A DNA stretch of 64,000 bases, taken from assembly GCA_902463725.1 (NCBI GenBank), contig CABQGK010000006.1:92121-156120 (forward strand), written 5' to 3'. The notes under the pieces are model-generated. The model did not search any database and was not told the origin of the DNA. It saw only the letters and a program-made list of their open reading frames with translations. The position numbers were made by a program, and so were the translations under genes. Below, piece by piece: positions 60,678-64,000 of this stretch (position 1 is its first letter; every line of letters begins with the position of its first letter). This stretch comes from an uncultured Sutterella sp. Lineage in GTDB: Bacteria > Pseudomonadota > Gammaproteobacteria > Burkholderiales > Burkholderiaceae_F.

Positions 60678-61049
60678 ATGGCTGAAGACAAGAAGAAAGT
60701 TTCTGAACCCGTTGAACAGAAGCCCGCTGAAGCGGCCGTTGCTGAGCAACAGCCTGCGGTTGCGGTGAGCGCTGAAACCTTTGTGCACAGCCTCCGCTTC
60801 CACTTGGTTGGCGGTCAGCAGTTCACGCTCAATGAATTGACCAATTCTGCAGAAATGCCTCAGAACGTGTTGGCGTTCATCAATGCTTGGCGTGAAATGC
60901 GTGATGTTTGGCATAGCCCCAACAATGACGCGCATTTTGGCGTGCGCGTTCGTGATGTCTCGCTCTATGAGTATCAGGTTGCCCGTGCTGTTCCGAAGGC
61001 TGCCGAAGGCGAAGAGGCTGCAGAGCCTGCTAAGAAAGAAGAAAAGTAA
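60678..61049 (+). CDS. Hypothetical protein (123 aa)
   Basis: Strong SD (CAGGAGAG), GCT/GAA-rich codons like rpsA, own terminator. Confidence 0.8.
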   Translation: MAEDKKKVSEPVEQKPAEAAVAEQQPAVAVSAETFVHSLRFHLVGGQQFTLNELTNSAEMPQNVLAFINAWREMRDVWHSPNNDAHFGVRVRDVSLYEYQVARAVPKAAEGEEAAEPAKKEEK

Positions 61050-61072
61050 TGCAATCGCGTCCTCATTAGGGG

Positions 61073-61128
61073 GCGACTGACCATTCTTTAGAGGGTGCTA
61101 GCGACTGACCATTCTTTAGAGGGTGCTA
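61073..61128. repeat. Exact 28-bp tandem duplication
   Basis: GCGACTGACCATTCTTTAGAGGGTGCTA at 61073-61100 and 61101-61128. Confidence 0.95.
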
Positions 61129-61160
61129 GATCCGTACCATCGGGTTAGCGCCCTTTTTGT
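61118..61160 (+). terminator. Terminator after the hypothetical gene
   Basis: AGAGGGTGCTA...TAGCGCCCTTT + TTGTT. Confidence 0.7.
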
Positions 61161-61163
61161 TGA

Positions 61164-61667
<504 letters not shown>

Positions 61668-61707
61668 TAGGCCGAGCGCTTTGCTACCGAGGGCACCGGT
61701 AAATGGT

Positions 61708-61738
61708 AAAAATGGGGGCATCAGCCCCCCATTTTTTT
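61708..61738. terminator. Bidirectional terminator between glnB and the Smr gene
   Basis: AAAAATGGGGG...CCCCCATTTTTTT. Confidence 0.85.
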
Positions 61739-61744
61739 GTGGCT

Positions 61745-62395
61745 TTACTGACGTTTTGTGGCGAGCAAAACAAGAAGAGCGCCTTGATCACCTGCTTCGA
61801 CTGGGGACTGTACGAACGCCATCACATCTTCACGTTGCTTGAGCCAACGAGGGACAAAAACTTTCAATTTACCCTCCCCACCTTCGCTGTTGTAGCCCAC
61901 CCCGTGAATGATGCGCAGACAGCGGTAGCCGCGACGAGCGCTTTCGGTGAGAAAGTCTGTCAGGTGCACCCGAGCTTCATCGATGCTGTAGCCGTGTAAA
62001 TCAAGCCAAGCCTGAACAGTCCAAAAACCTCGGTACAACTTCTTGGGAATATCGGGAGAGACGCCCTTACGCCAGTTGTAACGCTCATTTTCATCCGTGA
62101 GGAAAGTGTCGGGTTCCGCTTCGTTGGAGAGTCGATCAGGCGCTGTTGAGTTCCCAAGAGAGACTGGCTTTTTGATTAAGGGTGAGGGCTTCGGACGTTT
62201 TACATCAGCCAGCCCTTTTTGAGCCATTTTCGTCACCCCTGCTTCGGCCATGGCGGCAGCAAATAGGTTGGCATCAGCGTGGCGTTTCCTTTCTTCAGCG
62301 CGCGCACGCTCTTGCTCTTGCGCGCGCTTTTTTGCTTCAGCTTTCAGCGTCTTGTTGACTTTAGCAAGATCTGCCAGATTGTCGATAACGATCAT
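61745..62395 (-). CDS. Smr-domain endonuclease (SmrA/SmrB-like)
   Basis: LDLHGYSIDEAR, RIIHGVGYNS, WLKQ, GDQGALLVLL. Confidence 0.9.
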   Translation of the reverse strand: MIVIDNLADLAKVNKTLKAEAKKRAQEQERARAEERKRHADANLFAAAMAEAGVTKMAQKGLADVKRPKPSPLIKKPVSLGNSTAPDRLSNEAEPDTFLTDENERYNWRKGVSPDIPKKLYRGFWTVQAWLDLHGYSIDEARVHLTDFLTESARRGYRCLRIIHGVGYNSEGGEGKLKVFVPRWLKQREDVMAFVQSPVEAGDQGALLVLLATKRQ

Positions 62396-62488
62396 AATAC
62401 TTACGTTGGGTGGTGCGCTCGCGCACCTAGCACCACAGAAAAATGGCTCGGGCACGGGGTCGTGCCCGAGCTTCTAAAAAAGAAGCGC

Positions 62489-63469
<981 letters not shown>

Positions 63470-63765
63470 TCAGGGTAATTTCGATAGGTAGCGATATTTT
63501 AGCTATTATTGAGTGCTAAGACATAGATTTATTTAATTGAGGCTGGTAGCAAAGTATTGCTGTTGTTGAGGCTCATCGTTGATGGTGACAAATTCAGAGT
63601 AGCGCTGAAATGGCCGTCGGGCTCAATTGAGTACAATTGGCATAGTTGAGCAGATGAAAGATCCCCGCATTGCGCGGGAGCAGTGACGCCGCAGGAGAGA
63701 GTGTGTGGCGTTGGCTGCTATAGGCGGCTGCCCGCTCGGCCCCGTCAGAAAAAGCAAAGAGGCTT

Positions 63766-64000
63766 ATGGCTAGAAATAAAACGATTGGTAGACGAAGCTC
63801 CTCGCGGCATGCCGGCGCAGATCGTAGCGCTGTTGGCTCTAGGCTCGGTGCCGCTATCGGTAACTGGTTCATGGGAGTCGTGCGTGCATTATGGTCTTGG
63901 AGCTGGGTGATATATATTCCGGTTGCGCTCTTTTTGACTGTGGCCCTCTTAACTTATTCACCTGAAGATGCTTCCTTTTCTGTTAGTACGACTGCACCAG
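63766..64000 (+). CDS. ftsK: DNA translocase FtsK, N-terminal membrane region (runs off the window)
   Basis: Not in ORF track. ATG 63766 after AGAGG: MARNKTIG...VALFLTVALLTYSPEDASFS; divergent from trxB as in other betaproteobacteria. Confidence 0.75.
   Translation, partial: MARNKTIGRRSSSRHAGADRSAVGSRLGAAIGNWFMGVVRALWSWSWVIYIPVALFLTVALLTYSPEDASFSVSTTAP

Noticed and set aside
61073..61128. CRISPR mini-array
   Set aside because: 28-bp repeats are directly adjacent with no spacer and no cas genes.
63480..63545. OxyR-like ATAG motifs upstream of trxB
   Set aside because: Matches to the four-part consensus are too degenerate to support by eye.

Overview
Core-chromosome segment of a betaproteobacterium (Burkholderiales). 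Gene order plus the anaerobic reductase suggest a gut Sutterellaceae member (inference). It is almost all housekeeping genes: purC/E/K, fba, amiC-tsaE, ompA, gyrA-serC-pheA-hisC-cmk-rpsA-ihfB-lapB, htpX, rpmE2, hemCD, trxA-rho, dnaX-ybaB-recR-gmhA, greA, rlmE-ftsH-folP-glmM, glnB, trxB and the start of ftsK. RNA elements are tRNA-Thr(CGT), tmRNA, SRP RNA and a lysine riboswitch. I see no integrase, IS element, prophage or CRISPR array. The strongest anomaly is dnaX. Its zero frame stops after 464 aa (gamma-sized), and the tau C-terminal domain continues in the +1 frame right after two back-to-back perfect hairpins and a CCC-CCC-UGG-GGA-GAA-UGA run. This is either an undescribed recoding arrangement or a single-base error. 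Also notable: a Tat-exported PsrABC/PhsABC-like molybdoenzyme with divergent motifs, an enterobacterial-like lysP plus riboswitch beside ssrA, a Bacteroidales-like radical SAM gene, Met at the GyrA Asp87-equivalent position, genes missing from conserved operons (ubiG, tyrA, aroA, PheA chorismate-mutase domain, lapA), several structured intergenic regions, and an exact 28-bp tandem duplication. Family assignments come from motif recognition only; no searches were run.
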